Of a stretch of DNA of 64,000 nucleotides, positions 29,545 to 49,008 are shown piece by piece; the stretch's first letter is position 1; every line of letters begins with the position of its first letter. The notes under the pieces were generated by a model. The model did not search any database. It saw only the letters and a list, made by a program, of their open reading frames with translations, and was not told the origin of the DNA. The stretch is from the human T2T-CHM13v2.0 reference genome, Homo sapiens: the NCBI RefSeq assembly GCF_009914755.1, contig NC_060938.1; one strand, given 5' to 3'. Both the position numbers and the translations under genes were made by a program.

Positions 29545-29842
29545 TTTTTTACTTTTTTTTTGAGACAGGGTTTTACTCTGTTGCCCAGGCTGGAGTGCAG
29601 TGGCACAGTCTTGGCTCACTGCAGGCTCGACCTCCTGGGCTCAGGCAATCCTCTTGCCTCAGCATCCCAAGTAGCTGGGACCACAGTCATGCACTGCCAC
29701 ACCCAGCTAATTTTTATACTTTTTCTAGAGATGGGGTTTTGCCATGTTGCCCAGGCTGGTCTCGAACTCCTAAGCTCAAGCAATCTGTCCGCCTTGGCCT
29801 CCCAAAGTGTTGGGACTACAAGTGTGAGCCACCATGCCCAGC
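29545..29842 (-). mobile_element. Alu (J-like)
   Basis: Reverse full-length Alu. Confidence 0.88.
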
Positions 29843-30369
29843 TGATTTTTGACTTTAGTAAAGCACTTTACTTTGCACTTCCACTCATGTCTAAGAAGTA
29901 AACTATTGTTAATACAATAAATGTGGGAGTCATATTAAGTCAAACCTGGTTTTAGAAGAAAAACCACTAAATTCATTAAACCTTTGACAGTACATAGGAA
30001 TGTGAGCATGTGTTGTTATAGCATTAAAGTAATAATTCAAAATACACAATTAGAGAATTCTGGTTCATATAAATCCTACAACAACTTTAAGGTTTAATAT
30101 CAGAGCTCAGATGTGAGAAAACTGCACTGAATTTTTTATGTATTTTTTTCTTTTAGAATGACACAGCCAGTTATCAAAAGAAATCTTCAAGGAATTCCCT
30201 GTATGCTGAGGAATGAAGGATGTGAGAAAGAAATTAACTGTCTTCTGCTCTCAAGTTAGACCCCTAAGAAAACTCTTAAGAGTATCTAATAACTAGAGGC
30301 ATCTGTCACACCAGCAAAGATGTCATTATTGTTTTTTTCTTATCAGTCTTAGATTATGCTTTGCTTTAA

Positions 30370-31392
<1,023 letters not shown>

Positions 31393-32857
31393 TTAATAAT
31401 TCTGTTTATATATCTGCTTCTTTACTCCCTATTTACTGTACATTCCCTATGGCCCACTTTTTTTTCTCTCCTTTGTTCAATTCATTGTCCTTGTCCTTTT
31501 CTTTGTGAAATGTTAACAGCAGTTAACAAGGGATGAATAGGAGGCATTTATTTTATGTTTTCTTATTATATTCTTCACTAAATGTGTGATGAACAAAAGT
31601 TATTTAAAATAAAACAAACTGCTGTTAAAATTGGGATGTAAAAATTGAGTTTATATTTAAGGTCCATAAAAATATGGTGATAGACTTGCGATGATACACC
31701 TACAGTTTTCTCTCACCAGAAGCACATTTTCTTGCGTTTGTAAAATGTTGGCTAGAGTTAACGGTGTGACTGGTAACTGCAGAACAGCTTCTGGGTGTAA
31801 GATTTAACCAATAGTTAATGCACAGAGCTAACTTTCCTAAGTGAATGGCCAAATGCCAGGTTTTGTCATTAACCCAGAATATATATCTGTTCATTGATCT
31901 CATATAGAGCTGCAGAACAAAAAAAAATTCCTCAAGAAAAATACAGGAGCTATACAAGCTGAACCTTAGTCTAACATCTTCCCTCCTGCTCTATACTTCC
32001 CCACTCAGAGCTTCCTAAATGAGACAGTATAAAGGAAATGGCATGATACTTCTTAGAGATAAATTATTTAAAGTTCCCTAAATAGAAACTTGCAAAAGAA
32101 ACTGGAAGTGAAACTATGGCTGTGCCTCTGCCAGCTGAAAATGATATTAAAAAAAAAATTACTTTAAAGCCTACTGAATCCCACAGCCTTTGCTTCTTTT
32201 TTTTTTTTTATTTTTTTATTTTTGTTGTTGTTGTTGTTAAAGGACAATAGTCCAGAGACCTAAAACCCGAAAAACAATGATGGAATTAAACCTGGTACTG
32301 AAGATGGCTTTTGTAGATTACAGCCCCCCACAAGCTGTTCCCAATCCCTTTCCAGTAATAAAACTTATTTTTTAGTTGTACAACCAACACATAAATATAT
32401 TCTTTGGCTAAAAATTTAAACTATCCAGAAGCAAAGAGAATATAAACCAAAAGTCTACCTTCATGGTTCCTCAGTTCCCACATTGCTTTCCAGAGGTAAA
32501 GATGCTTATAAACTTGATGTATTATCTTTCCACACCTTTTCTTCTGAGACACTATGCTTTTGTATGTAAATGTACACAGAAAAATATAACTTAAAATCTA
32601 TTTATAAATGGCATACTACACACATTGTTCTATAGCTTTTTTCCATTTAGTAAGATCTTTCCAAAAATGTCAGTGCTTATCAATTCATCTTATTCTTAAC
32701 TGCTGCACAGCATTCCACACAGCTAGTATTCCACATTGTTTAGTTAATCATTCAATTCCCAACCCCTTTTCTAGTACAGGTGCTACTTCAGACTCTACAC
32801 CTCTATTCATAACCAAACAGTCAAATTCCTATCTTCAAAGTTGATTTTATTTCCTCA

Positions 32858-33040
<183 letters not shown>

Positions 33041-33415
33041 CTATTGAATCCCATCTTTCATCCAGAAAATTATTTTCAGACCTTCATTAGTGGGATGAAG
33101 GTCTCATTTTGGTCTCATTTCCTAGAAGCCATTTTTGCCTAATAAGTACCTTCACTCATGATACTAATTTAAAATCTAGAAATCTTAAAGAAATCTCAAG
33201 AGACTAAAACAGTACTGAAATCTAGCTTGCCATTCCAAACACCTAGTACACCATGGATACTCAATAGTAAAAAACAACAATCATGGATATATTTCTATGT
33301 TGAATCTAAACCTAGAAATCCAAATAATATTTGGAGGAAATCAAAGAACAAAGATCTTTTCAAACCACCAAAATCTGACGGACTTAACAATTAAATGCTA
33401 TTAAGGAAAGTAATT

Positions 33416-33556
33416 CCGCCTTCCTCCATGTGAGAACACAGTGAGGAGGCAGTATGCATTCAGAAGAGGACCCTCACCAGAACCTGACCACACTGGCACC
33501 CTGATCTTGAACTTCCTAGACTCCAGAACTATGAGAAATAAATTTCTGTTGTTTAT
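33416..33556 (+). mobile_element. MaLR LTR fragment (MLT1A/MST-like)
   Basis: ccctcaccagaacctgaccacactggcaccctgatcttgaacttcctagactccagaactatgagaaataaatttctgttgttta. Confidence 0.75.
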
Positions 33557-34300
<744 letters not shown>

Positions 34301-36232
34301 ACTTTATTGCAAGAATATATAACAATAGACTTTTATTACCAGCTTAAAACAAATATAAAAAAGTTTCTTGATTTTTTTTAAACATTTTAAGGCCTTAACG
34401 TTTTTTTCTGAGTTCTTATTATGTGCAAGGTACCAAGGTAAGTTATGATCTTAAGCTCTCACAGCTTACATAGTAAGTTATAACCATAATATATGGCTTT
34501 ATGTAGTAACTTCTATAACAAAAAATACACATTAAAAACAGTTCTAGTTGGGAGGACAAAGTGAAGCTTAACAGGAAGTGGGTGAGCTGGGTCTCACAAG
34601 TTGGGCAGGACTTTTGAGAGGGCATTCAAGGCTGAGGGGAACCTGTAAACCAAAACACGGAGGGAGTAAAGTGCAGGCATGTTTAGCAACTACGAATAGT
34701 CTAGACATAAGTAGTCTGGTGTGCTAGAAACTAGACTATAGGGTATGTGTGCATGTACACACATAACTGCCACACACTTGTGCTTGGGGAGGGTAGGGGA
34801 TAATAGCAAATAAAAGGCTCAAAAGTTAGGCTGAGACTAAATTAGGGAAGGGGATGAAAAAGGTAGTATAATGAATCAGAGCCATTCATATATGCTCACA
34901 ATGTAGTATATTTTGTAATCTCATTTAATCCTCGTAACCCTATAAGGTGAATATTTTTATCCTTAAGTTTTGCAGATGAGGAAACTAAGGCTCTGAGGTA
35001 TTAAATAATTTGCCCAAAGTATCACAGCTTGGTGCAGTTGGCATTAGAATCCAAGTCTATGTGAGTTTATTCTGTAAGTACTAGAAATTTAATAAAGAAA
35101 ACCAGATGAGTATACTAAGTTTTTCCTGAATCAAAGGTGAAATGAACAAGCTATATTAGGCCACAAGGATCTATATAAGTTGTCCTGTTTGCTTGACTAA
35201 TAAAGTTTGACTAATAAACTTCCTGGGTTTCCCATTGCTATTATTTTTGCAGGGCAACAGAGTAAAATTTTAAAACAAATCATGGTAAGTATTCTCAAGA
35301 AGACGCTCTTTACTTGCTCTGGACTAAGCATTCAATACATAGCATTGAGGCTTTATATCACAGTACAAAAAGCTAAAAAATCCTCAATATCAAAATTCCC
35401 ACTTTCTGTTATTCTGCTCTTGTAAGCAGTTGATTGAACTGTTCAGAGTATCTGTAAAAATGCCAAATTATACATGTTTCATGAAGGCAGGCTGGTATTC
35501 TATTCTACTCTCCTTCATCACTGGAAGCATGAGGTATGTTTTGCCAAGTCTGTAAGACAATGTGCACCACAGGTTCTCCAATAGGGGGTGATATCCCCCT
35601 GGCAAGCTGCATGTAGTTGTTAAATAATCAAAGGATGTTATAGTTACAAGGTGCTTCATTTTGCAGTGAGTCCCTCATTTTTCAAATGAGGAAACTAAAG
35701 ATTCCATAAAGTTACTCAGCCCTTTGGGTGTCCAACCAAAATTAACAGTACCATGGTCTCTTAACTCCCTACCCAGGGTGATCACAGCATTTAAACTGCC
35801 AAACTCTGCTGTAAAATTCGAGAACAGAATCCCTGACTTCCAAAAGCATTTATGCTCTCTGTACCCAAATCTGACCTATCTTTCAAGCCTCCTTGAAAGC
35901 CTCCTTCAACCACTCTTGTCCACACTGTCTTCCCTGAAGCCCTACAACACTTACTGTGTCACACAGTTAACACTCAATCATATATTGTCATATTCACAAA
36001 TTGTTTTATTTTTATCCTGTCCCTCCACACTAGTTTGGCTCCTGAACTCAAGGAAATTAAAATGATTTATAGTTTATATAGTCGTAAAGACCTGAGACTT
36101 GGTAAACACTTGTAATTGACCTGTTCTGCCCACTCTATGCCTTCTTCAAAGAAGCCAACTTTCTCAAAGTAGCTAAGTGCTGCTGGTCCCCTGAAGCAAG
36201 TGTTTCTTGTATACTAAAAGCACTCTGCATTG

Positions 36233-36572
<340 letters not shown>

Positions 36573-37039
36573 TAGGAGAAAGCCTTCTCTACCACCATAT
36601 CTATTAACATCATTCTTACTGGTCATGGTAGGTACTGTTTGGAAAAGCTACAAGTTACAAAGCCTTTTTCTGTATAACACCTCCAAAATACCAGTAAAAT
36701 TAAACTCTTCTAAAACCATATCCAAATCTTCCATTATAATGAAGATTTGAATCTAAAGAGTTCACAGAGTTATATGTAACTGTACCAAGAAAAGGTATTA
36801 ATTCTCTGAAAAAACTGCTTCTTAAAACAGAGGTGTTAATCTAACCTCTAGGCAATCTCTAAATTCTTTTCCTTGGTGGAGCATCAAGATCCAAGAGAGA
36901 AGCTTCTTGTGACAAGACAAATTCAGTCAAAGTAGTTTGCTGCCTCCATGCCTCCCACCACAGCCCCCACCAACTCCAGGAGCACAGCAATAAATGTGAA
37001 GACCATCTAGTCTAACACAAGCAAGATAAACATAACAGA

Positions 37040-37361
<322 letters not shown>

Positions 37362-38137
37362 TCAGAGTTCCTCCTTCCTGAGAGCACTCAGAGAAACAGA
37401 ACTTTTGGAAAGTCTTCAGCTGTTGCTCCAACCAGGGCAGCTGTGTTTTTGGAATATAGATTGATAGCAAATGACAGACAAATAGAATCGCCTAGGCAAA
37501 GCGGTATTTTACTCGTGGGACACACAGCCCAGGAGTTAGAAGATGTGTCAGATAGCTCCTTCTTTGTCGGACAGTAATTGCCTGCATTCTCCCAACTGCA
37601 CAGACAGTAAGTCCCTACAAACAACTGCTCTAGTTCACAGATGACAAACTAAAAAGAAGTGGCTCGGTTCACATCCTGAATCTACAAAGATACACCCTCT
37701 GAAGGGCAGAAGTGAGACAGTGGTCAGAGGTTCATAAAATAAAATGCAAGAAATCAAAATCAAAAGTGCTTTATTTCCGAGGACAAAGGCATTCTTTCTC
37801 TTTAAAGAATTCAAACAACAAGACTTAATGCTTCTTCACAGTATGACAAGCATTCTGTCTTCCAAATAATATCATCTTACATTTGTATTGTGTTACATAG
37901 CAATTTCACATGGATTAATTAATAACAATTTAGGTAGGTAGTGTGGTACAATTACTATTCAATCTTACAGGACCACATGGGATTTCAGAATTATGAGTCC
38001 ACAGATATGAGGGAGAGATGTGTTGGACATGAAAATTAAAGAAGTATGCCACATTCCCGAATCTTAATGCTGATGCCAAAGATTCCAAATCCTCTGGAGA
38101 TAAAGCCTCTCCATTATCTCAAGGGCCTGAAATTAAA

Positions 38138-38361
<224 letters not shown>

Positions 38362-38890
38362 TAAGCAAGGTTCAAGGCAGCCTTGCTGCAGACTGAAGAA
38401 AGGGCTGGTCTTCGGACTGTGTCATAGCCATTCCTCCTCTACATCAATCTGGTCTGCTGCTGGGGAGCAGGGGTGAAGGGCAGGAGGGTGGGGATAGATG
38501 TTAAAGAAAGTAGTGGGGAGGAGTTTCTTGGTTAAGAAGCAGAACCTTGGAGCTGTGTTGTAACTACATGCGTAAAGGCAGGCTTAGGACATGTCAGACG
38601 TCTGAAGCAGGAAGCAGGCAAAGGAAGCACCGTGGTTTTCTTTGGGCTAGGGATTCCCCTCTTGGGTTAAGCAAAAGGTCAGGAAAGATAAAGCCCCTTT
38701 CCTAATGTCTATAAAGTCCAAGGATGATGGAAATTCCAGGAGGTATAGGGGTTCTAAAATGCTATAAGACAGCTGTGTCCAAAGCATTCTTTATATAAAC
38801 CCACAATAATGTCATCTGTTTTTGAGGGGAACTAGCTATGTCTACTGTCTAATAGGGCATTGATGTGTTGTTATTTAATAAATACCCTTG

Positions 38891-39209
<319 letters not shown>

Positions 39210-40295
39210 TCATGTTGGAGAAAAAGATTACAATAGGTAAAATTCCACAGAGTACAAATTCAACTGAGAATGGTCCACAGTTCGGGAACAGAAGCAGTAA
39301 CCACAAACTGGAAATCATTTTACCTATTCTTCTACCTTATAATAATGAGAACATTCTCCCTAGTGTTTTATATCTTATAAAAGCACTTTAACATAATCTT
39401 ATTTAAATATAATTAAGATTCTTCTGAATCATGAAGGTTTAAAAAAATTTTTCAATTTACTCAAGTTCATCAAATAAAGAGGTCTTCTTGTTTTATTTAT
39501 TTAAATTAAACTAGCCTGGAAACAGAAACAAACAATTGAAAATTCTCTACCGGAAACTGTCTCCCATTCACAACTGTATCACTTGCTCCTATTTACTGCC
39601 TCTAAATAACGCTACCTAGTTTCATTCAATTGAGGATTTGAACAAGGAAAGAGCTGCAACTGTTGTACTACTTCCTGTTGCAGAATTAACCAGTCATTTC
39701 CAATCTTCTTCCATTTTAGGATATTTCCCTTCCAAAGTGCTGTCCAAAGAGAGAGCAACTTCTGTTCCACTATTCCTAGACAATTTTCCTAAATCACTTA
39801 AACCAATTTTCCTTCATTTACTTAGTTTGCATTCTTCAAAAGCCCATTCTATTTCCTGTACCCCACTCCTCCTTCATGCCCTTACGTACTGTTTTGTTGG
39901 GTAAAAATACTCTTATCTTTCTGTAAAGATCAATTATCTAGTCTTAAATAGTTCTTGTGGTTTTTCAAAGGTGCCCTTCATTTGAAGAACCCTTTTGTGC
40001 TGCCCCCAAGTCTCGCAGAGATGAAAAAGGCTGTTGTCCTTCTCCTCATTCTGTGTACACCTCCATCTCCCTGTCACCCAAATAAGTGTCAGTTTTTATT
40101 AGTCTATAATAAATAACTTCTTATCAGCATCAAATTTCTATTATCACCATTCCTAGTCTCTTGCAGCTTTTTCCTCCATCCTGCCCTCTTCCTTGAAAGT
40201 TTGAAATTATTTTAACTAAAAACTATCTTTGACTATTGTTATTTCCCAAACACAAAACAGTTGTTCAAGACTAAACAGCACTGAATCCATGCCCC

Positions 40296-40296
<1 letters not shown>

Positions 40297-40331
<35 letters not shown>
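40297..40331. repeat. (GATA)n tetranucleotide STR
   Basis: About 8-9 GATA units. Confidence 0.92.
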
Positions 40332-40332
<1 letters not shown>

Positions 40333-40572
40333 TACAACTGTTGGTCTTGGGGAAAAAGTCTTAGGAATTAAAAACAAATCACTTTTCTTAACCTTGGGCA
40401 TTAACAAATAACTGAATTCCAGCTTTAAAAAATTTAAAATATCTCTCTCTACACACACACAGTTCAAGAGAACTAATGCCATATGCTTCAGTGTTTTATC
40501 AAACCAACATTCTGTGGGACAGTTTGTTCAGTCTTTGGCTGACAGCACAGCCAGAATTATTCTTCAAGGCTG

Positions 40573-40873
40573 TTTTTTTTTTTTTTGAGATGGAGCCTTG
40601 CCCTGTCGCCCAGGCTGGAGTGCAGTGGCACGATCTCGGCTCACTGCAGCCTCTGCCCCCCAGGTTCCAGCAATTCTCCTGCCTCAGCCTCCCGAGTAGA
40701 CTAGCTGGGATTACAGGCGCACGCCACCACTCCTGGCTAATTTTTGTATTTTTAGTAGAAACTTGGTGTCACCATGTTGACCAGGCTGGTATCGAACTCC
40801 TGACCTCAGGCGATCCACCCGCCTTGGCCTCCCAAAGTGCTGGGATTACAGGAGTGAGCCACCGCGCCCGGCT
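40573..40873 (-). mobile_element. Alu (S-type)
   Basis: Reverse full-length Alu; aaggctgtt TSD. Confidence 0.9.
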
Positions 40874-41043
40874 AAGGCTGTTAATACCACTTTTTGTATC
40901 AGTAAGATCATGGCTGGCTGTCACAAGACTGCTAAGAAACCACAGCCCTTTGGGCAAAGCACAGCCTGTTGGCCTGCCGAGGTCACAGAAACCTCACAGC
41001 ATAGCACACTGCTGCCTCCTCTGGCTGTTAGAGCAGGACATAC

Positions 41044-41117
41044 CTCTTCGTAATTTTTCGCCTCCACTCCATGCTTCATGTCTAGGATCACGAGTTGGTC
41101 AGGTATCCGCCCTGTTC
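41044..41117 (-). CDS. TMED10: TMED10 exon 3
   Basis: tctcag|GA; [25 protein letters not shown]; donor GAG|GTATGT; 74 nt. Confidence 0.97.
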
Positions 41118-42196
41118 CTGAGAAAGAAATCAAAGGAATCATTGTGTGAAATACTTAAAATTCTGGGAAATTACCCACCCACCCGCCCGCCCGCCCTCCC
41201 TCTACAGAACCCCTACCCTCTCAATAGAGGGAAACAGCCACAACTCCTCCCCCTGCTCAGTTGCAGAAAATTCCTGGCTCTGGCTAAAATCACAAACATT
41301 CCAGACAAAGCCTCTATCTGTGTGGGGTGCCGGAAAGCAACAAGAACATGCTGCTGGCAAACATCTCTGAGCAGGCAAGGACACAAGATACTGCAACTGG
41401 TACTACAGAGGAACAGAACAGAAGGGAAACCACACAGGCTTATTGAATTGGGAAATAAAACTCAAAAATCAAAACAGTGTGAAATTGAGTGGCATATAAA
41501 TCAAGAGATAGTAGGCAACAACTTCGGCTGAAAATGTGTATTTCCACATCTGAAAAGGTTGCCCTGTCAAATTTTGAGGGAAGGCCATGATGAATTAGGA
41601 TTATTGGATATGTGCTAAGCTTGGATTTACTTAATATAAATCTGAGTACTGAAAAGAACATAAGTTTTATCTAATATTCCACTTTAATTCAAACATTTTG
41701 ATCAATGTATGGCCTAGTTCAGTAGGAGTACAATGTCATAGAGCTATTCCCACTAAGCCCTTAAAAGAGTTACAACAGCTCAAGGAAAAAAAAAAAACAA
41801 CTTTAAGTGTTCAAATCTCAGGGATGCTTCTTATAATAGAGTTCATGTTAGAAGAGTCAATCTGATTCAGCTGGATCAAAGAAGCATTCTAATCTTAAAT
41901 CATCAAGCAGGAGAAAGGAAAAGACCCAAGGAGCCCCAGAAAACTGTTCAGCCCCAATCCCCTGGAATTCACCTAGTTATAAAATTTACAACTGCCTGCA
42001 TGAAATTAGAAGTTGTGGGAAACAGTGCCACTGAAGCACTGGGGTTCCTGAAACCATAAGCCACACTGAATGGTACTGTACCCTCTGATGCCTGAGAGAC
42101 ACTGGAAGTTTTCTGAAATGAACTGAAGTCAATTCAATAACTACTCATTGAAAACTCACTAAGTACTAAAACTGTGCTGGAGATTTTAAAGAGATA

Positions 42197-42910
42197 TGCT
42201 ACGGCTTCGATGTGCCCCTCTCAAAGTTCATGTGTTGGAAACTTAATCCCCAATGCAACAGTGTTGAGAGGTAGAACCTTTAATTTTATTTATTTAATTA
42301 AAAAAATTTTTTTGAGACAGGTTCTTACTCTTGTCTTCCAAGCTGGAGTGCAGTGGCACGCACCATCATGGCTCACTGTAGCCTCGAACTCCTGGGCTCA
42401 AGCAATCCTCCCACTTCAGTCTTTCAAGTAGCTGGGACTACAGGCGTGAGCCACCACACCCAGGTAATTTTTGTATTTTTTGTAGAGACAGGGTCTCGCT
42501 ATACTGTCCAGGCTGATCTGGAACTCCTGGGCTCAAGCGATCCTCCTGCCTCAGCCTCCCAAAGTGCTGGGATTATAGGCATGAGCCACTGTGCCTGGCG
42601 GAGAAGTAGGACCTTTAAGAATTGACTAGGTCATGGGGCTCTGCCCTCATCAATAGATTTAACGTCATTATCATAGAAGTAGGTTTGTTATAAAAGTGAG
42701 TTCAGCCCCTTCTTGCTCTCCTGTGCATTCTCTTGCCATGTGATACCTTCTGCCATGTTATTGTGACACAGCAAAAAGGCCCTCACCAGATGTGGCCCCT
42801 TGATCTTGGACTTTCCAGACTCCAGAACCATGAACCAAACAAATTTCTACTGTTTATAAATTACCCACTCTGCGATGTTCTGTTATAGCAGCACAAAATG
42901 GACTAAGCCA
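42197..42910 (+). mobile_element. MST-type (MSTD-like) MaLR solo LTR interrupted by a minus Alu (42283-42599)
   Basis: tgctacgg...aaacttaatccccaatgcaacagtgttgagagg ... ataaattacccact...gttatagcagcacaaaatggactaagcca; Alu TSD gagaggtagaaccttta / gagaagtaggaccttta. Confidence 0.85.
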
Positions 42911-43210
42911 GGATACAATCCCTGCCTTCAAATAATTCAATTGGGATCTAAGACATATACACAAAACAACTATGGTGAAAATGCAAAGCACTGTAAAAGT
43001 TTAAGCCAAAGGAACTGGTTCAGACAATTCCAATATGGAGCAAAGGGAAGAGGAGAGAAGATTGTAGTTGTGGACAGACTTCACTAAAAAGGGAACACCT
43101 AAAGGCAGGACTTAGGCAAAGTACTCTAGGCAGATGGCAAAGCATGAGCAAAGGCTCAGATATTAAAATCGGAGTATGGCATGCTTGAAAGACAGTAAAG
43201 AACTTCTTTT

Positions 43211-43505
43211 GGGATGGGCACGGTGGCTCATGCCTGTAATCCCAGCACTTTGGGAGGCCAAGGCAGGTGGATCTCTTGAGGTTCGAGTTCGAGACCAGCT
43301 TGGCCAACATGATGAAACCCGTCTCTACTAAAAATACACAAATTAGCCAGGCGCAGTGGTGCGTGCCTGTAGTTCCAGCTACTCCGGAGGCTGAGGCATG
43401 AGAATCACTTGAACCCGGTAAAGTTGCAGTGAGCCAAGATCGCACCACTGCACTCCAGCCTGGGTGACAGAGCAAGACTCTTGTTTCACACACACACAAA
43501 AAAAG
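43211..43505 (+). mobile_element. Alu (S-type)
   Basis: Full-length; aacttcttttgg / gacttcttttgg TSD. Confidence 0.88.
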
Positions 43506-43851
43506 GACTTCTTTTGGATAGACTGGAAAGATTAACTCGAAAGCAAGAGAAATATAAATAAGACTGCACAGGGTAAGACTGAGAACAAAGTAAGACAAGT
43601 CACATGTGTCTTCTGAGCATGAAAACAACAAGTCTTCAAACAAAACAAAACAAAATGTGGCACCCAGAGTGTTCTGTTCTCCCAAATCCAATGTGTAATC
43701 CTGATTACGACATTGTCCATGGAAGATGTACTTCCTCATTGAAAAAGTTGTGAAACTTAAGCAGTTCACAGCCCCACCTGGTCCAAATGATCAGGATATC
43801 TTCTTTCTTACAAGGTCTTCCAACTACCTCCCTGATTGTCACAGCACAGTA

Positions 43852-44155
43852 CAGTCATGCACTACATGAAGACAGTTCAGTCGAGGACAGACTGCATATA
43901 TGAAGGTGGTCCCATAAGATTATTATAATACTGTATTTTTACTATATCTTTTCTATGTTTAGATACACAAATAGCATTGTGTTCTAACTGCCTACAGTAT
44001 TCAGTACAGTCACATGCTTTACAGCTTTGTAGCCTAGGAGCAGTAGTAGGCTATACCATATAGCCGAGGTGGGTAGTAGGCTATAACATCTAGGTTTGTG
44101 TAAGTACACTTAATATTTGCACAACGAAATCACCTAACCACCATTTCTCAGAATG
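43852..44155. mobile_element. Tigger3a/MER7-type Tc-mariner MITE
   Basis: tacagtcatgc start; ggtggtcccataagattat; gtagcctaggagca; aggctataccatatagcc; catttctcagaa. Confidence 0.8.
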
Positions 44156-44187
44156 GTCGAGTCCAGACTATACAGTCTCTTGCATAG

Positions 44188-45240
<1,053 letters not shown>

Positions 45241-45420
45241 AATCTTTTATTCCATGTAGTCGACCTTTTAAAAGGTGCTCCAAAGACTACAAGGTAACAG
45301 GTCTCCAAATCAGAATAAATAAAGAATACAAATGAAACTAGATATTAAGTGCTGACTGTATTAAGGAGCATTAGAGTTGGAGAAGATTCTTAATCCAGAG
45401 AAACACTCTTGATTACTCAC

Positions 45421-45532
45421 CCTTGCTCTCAAAACACACTTCAAACATGTCATAATCTTCAGTGGTAAAGGCAAATTTCCCCTTGGTTGCATCCTCTTTG
45501 GAGTAGAGAATATGGCCAGCAGAATCTGTGAT
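45421..45532 (-). CDS. TMED10: TMED10 exon 2 (GOLD domain)
   Basis: ttttag|ATC; [37 protein letters not shown]; donor AGG|GTGAGT; 112 nt. Confidence 0.97.
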
Positions 45533-46140
45533 CTAAAATAAGAAAAGTAGTAAGAATAGGCAGCAAATAACACTCAGGAAGAGAACTTACAGAAACTGGG
45601 AAGATAGAGACACTATCTATGAAAGACAATTGATAGTTCTCATTATGATGACTATGTTCCAACCATCCCCAAAGACAAAAACTGGATTAGAAGATTAAAT
45701 CCAAATACAGCAAATTTCATTCATTCAAATAGCCTAATCACACTGTGGGCTAAAATCTGTTGCTGCTATAGGATGTCTTACCATACCAAAAAGTTAATCT
45801 AGCGAATGCTCCAAGTTACATACATTGGATTTATTGGCAAAAACTCACTAGTATCATTCCGCATAGAGGAACATGTCACAAAAATGAAAGTAGACAATTA
45901 TCAAAAGATTATACAAGAGGGACAAAGATATATAAAAACACATTTATTCTATAAAACAAATTTGATGGGGAAGGGGTGTGGGTGGAGAATAAAATTAGGA
46001 CACACAATACAAGGACAGCAGGAAGAAAAGCATACATAGAGAAGACAATCCAGGAGATCTATTCCTGCAAATTTCATGTTAATTATGTCAACGGCCAGGT
46101 AGAGTGGGAACAAAACACAGGAAACAAAAAAGAAGTTTCT

Positions 46141-46687
<547 letters not shown>

Positions 46688-47138
46688 GGAGAGAAATTTA
46701 TCCTAAAAAAAAAAAGGTATCTTTGGCTTCCATAAATGATTATTCCTTTCTTCTAGATCCTTAGCTTTAGCTCTTCAGACTTAAGCTGCTCTATTACCAA
46801 AGAATGGCCTATCAGCACAGAATAAAGGGCATATACTGCTAAGTAAACAGCCACATACAAAGCAAGGGAATTCCATGGTAATTTAACAGACTGGATCTTA
46901 GCCTTCATTTCTAGAGCACGTGGCTGTCTTAGTAGAAAGCATATTTCATCACTTAAGACTGGAAGCTACTTTGCAATGTGGAACACAAAAGTAGTGGCTT
47001 AATTACATTAAACTGGATGTTCTAATGCTATTTGTTAAAACATAATTCTTTTAAGGGGAAATTTTAAGCAGGAAAATTAAGTAGCACACATTTAAGCTTA
47101 TATATTTAAAAGTACTTTATAACAGTAGTTATTTCTGA

Positions 47139-48665
<1,527 letters not shown>

Positions 48666-48789
48666 TAATTTATCAAACATTTAAGATACCTAGACCTGTG
48701 CTGGTCACTGGGATACAAGTATGAGTAAGATAGTTCCTGTCTTCAAAGGGCTTATGAGTCTAAATGAGGAGAGGAGAGTGATAAGAAAT

Positions 48790-49008
48790 GATATGCCTTC
48801 ATAGTGGTTTTGGTTTGCATTTCCCTGATGGTTAGTGATACTGGGGAACTTTTAATGTATTTGTTAGACATTTGTATGGGGTGATGAAATATGTTAATTA
48901 GCTTGATTGTGGTATTCACTTCACAATGTGTATGTATAACAAAACATCACATTATATATCTTGAATATAAACAATTTTTATTTGCCAATTATACCTCAAT
49001 AAAGCTAA
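48790..49008. mobile_element. L1M 3' end with 5' inversion
   Basis: Reverse ORF2-end segment (gtggttttggtttgcatttccctgatg) joined to a forward 3' UTR ending cctcaataaagct. Confidence 0.65.

Noticed and set aside
43020-43769. 249-aa minus-strand ORF
   Set aside because: Non-ATG start, centre is Alu-derived, low-complexity flanks, no domain
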